A DNA stretch of 62,728 nucleotides, counting the filler, from Sphacelaria rigidula (taxonomy: Eukaryota), in assembly GCA_964200075.2 (NCBI GenBank). It is 11 parts of 11 records of this genome, joined end to end, with 100 filler letters (N's around TTAATTAATTAA, not from the genome) between each part and the next. Parts side by side here need not be neighbours in the genome. Positions count along the whole stretch, not along the records: positions 57,118 to 62,728 come from CAXNAA020025876.1; 10 more parts are not named here. One strand, given 5' to 3'. Positions 61,091-62,728 of the stretch are shown here, in pieces. Position 1 is the first letter of the stretch. Every line of letters begins with the position of its first letter. The notes under the pieces are model-generated. The model was given only the letters and a program-made list of their open reading frames with translations, was not told the DNA's origin and searched no databases. The position numbers and the translations under genes are program-made.

Positions 61091-62728
61091 CATTCGGCTG
61101 TCAACATTTTTCTTGTTCTATATTGGCTCACCAGACACTCACACGCCGGCCTGCGACCGCACACACACAGGAGGCCACTCAGCAGACTAGAACTGCAAGC
61201 TATGCGATCAGGCATTGCATATGCAACTTTAGCTCTTGCCATTAACCAGACATTCTAAAGTCTCTGCGCTGATGAACGAGCCACAACTTTGATATCTCTC
61301 TTGGACTCGTTGTTCTCCTCATCGTCATCATCCAAAGGCGCCCGTGACAAGGTCCCAGACTTCCATGCTGCACTACCGCTGTTGCTGGGAAGCAGACAGT
61401 GTGACGGCAAACATAGTCGGCACATCGACATAAGCACCTGCGGCTGCAGCCATTTAATGCTATATCATGCGCCCTGCGGGACAGCATGGTGTGTACCTCG
61501 GGCAACGGACTAGCTCCGCCAGTGCAGAAGCACGTGTGTGAGGGTGCCCTCTCATGTTTATGTGTGCGACAAAGAGATGCAGCGGAAAACATACCCCTGA
61601 ATGTATTCTTCAATCAATAATCAACGAGGCCGATCCGCAAGCCCTCACGTTTTCGGCAGAATTCCCATAATTGAAAAAGTATTGTCGGAAGCTCAAAATC
61701 TGAAATGGGGAATTTTCGACTGCATTCAGAAATTATTTTTTTGTTCATGTCGAAAAAAGATCACTTTTAAACAGGAAAACCGGCTGTATACGAAATGGTC
61801 TTACTTCACAGGCTGCTTGCTTGTCTTGTATTCTCCACATCCTGGACAAGCAGATTACACTGTTGAAAAAAGTGCGTGTGGAATATAGAATTACTTCTAT
61901 ATTGCAATTGACGCAAATAGTCGAAACTGTCCTCAGTACACTTTTTGAAATGATCATCTTTGTCCACGCAGGGTGTGATTTTTTCAGGTTGAGCGGGATT
62001 CGGGTGGGGTGAGTAACTTTTTTTCGCACGTTCTGAGGATAGGATATGTTTTCAAGATACTGAGTACTCCGGTATATTTACCTTATCAAGTACCCCCCGA
62101 GCACCCGGAACACTCAGTACATTGCTTGAGTACTAATACTCTTCTTTGGAAGTGCTGAGTCTCTTGGGGTACCTCGAGTATCAGTACGCTCGAATGCCCG
62201 TAGTACCGGTTTTCATTACAGGGAGTATTACTTTCAAGTGCATAATATCAACGACCTAAAAATCAATGCTCGCGAGTTTCCGGGTGCAGGGTCAGTTCCG
62301 CATGTTGAACCGAGGATGGACGTCAAATATTTTGTAACACCCTAGTCTAACAACCTTTTTCACTCCCGGGAGTATAAATCAGATCAAAGCCAGGCCATAT
62401 TCCTTTCGCAATCCAAAAATCCAATGCTCGCAGTTCCGGTGCTCCGAAATAGTGAGAATCAGTGTTTCCAGAGATGCAGAAGTGACCACTGCCTGCCTGC
62501 AAGTACCGAGTATTGCGGAGTATGTACAGCACCCTTTCTCCTAAAATACTCGTACACGGGACTTGTACCCCCGTCCTAGGCCCCGTTTCGCGCTTTCCTT
62601 CTTGACCAAGTCCATGTGAAAATTGGTCTTGTCTGTACCCCCCTGCCAAAGGTATGTAGGTGGGCGATGGAGATACCAAAGTCTCCGAAAAAAATAGTAC
62701 TGAGGTCACCGTTTCCCGGGGAGGGGGG

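Noticed and set aside
62347..62709. 120-aa ORF as a real gene
   Set aside because: No recognisable domain or splice structure, and it is truncated by the window end.

Overview
Repeat-rich, intron-rich eukaryotic DNA. It is most likely a brown alga or related photosynthetic stramenopile; this is inferred from a bipartite signal + ANA|F plastid-targeting exon, a stramenopile-type GT8 exon and long introns. The window is not one locus. It is 11 unplaced contigs (seven of 5612 bp, then four of 5611 bp), size-sorted and joined by 100-bp N44-TTAATTAATTAA-N44 spacers, so nothing is linked across a spacer. Most ORFs in the supplied track are spurious. Supportable host coding sequence is limited to isolated exons: a HEAT-repeat protein (2 exons), a MORN-repeat protein, a GT8 glycosyltransferase, a secreted CPF-motif protein, a plastid-targeted protein and an unknown protein. 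The rest is transposon-derived: a decayed Ngaro-like tyrosine-recombinase retrotransposon with split direct repeats, copia/gypsy and LINE remnants, SINEs, and many MITE/foldback elements. The most interesting signal is a LINE + SINE pair sharing a 3' end (...ATGAGTAC[A/G]) that is followed by C-runs rather than poly(A). One copy sits in a perfect 18-bp target-site duplication ending in GGGGG, which suggests G-run-primed retrotransposition mirroring L1's TTTT/A. Also notable are MITE families with AACA...TGTT termini and 4-bp TSDs, and a 44-bp-stem hairpin whose only non-Watson-Crick pairs are G:U.
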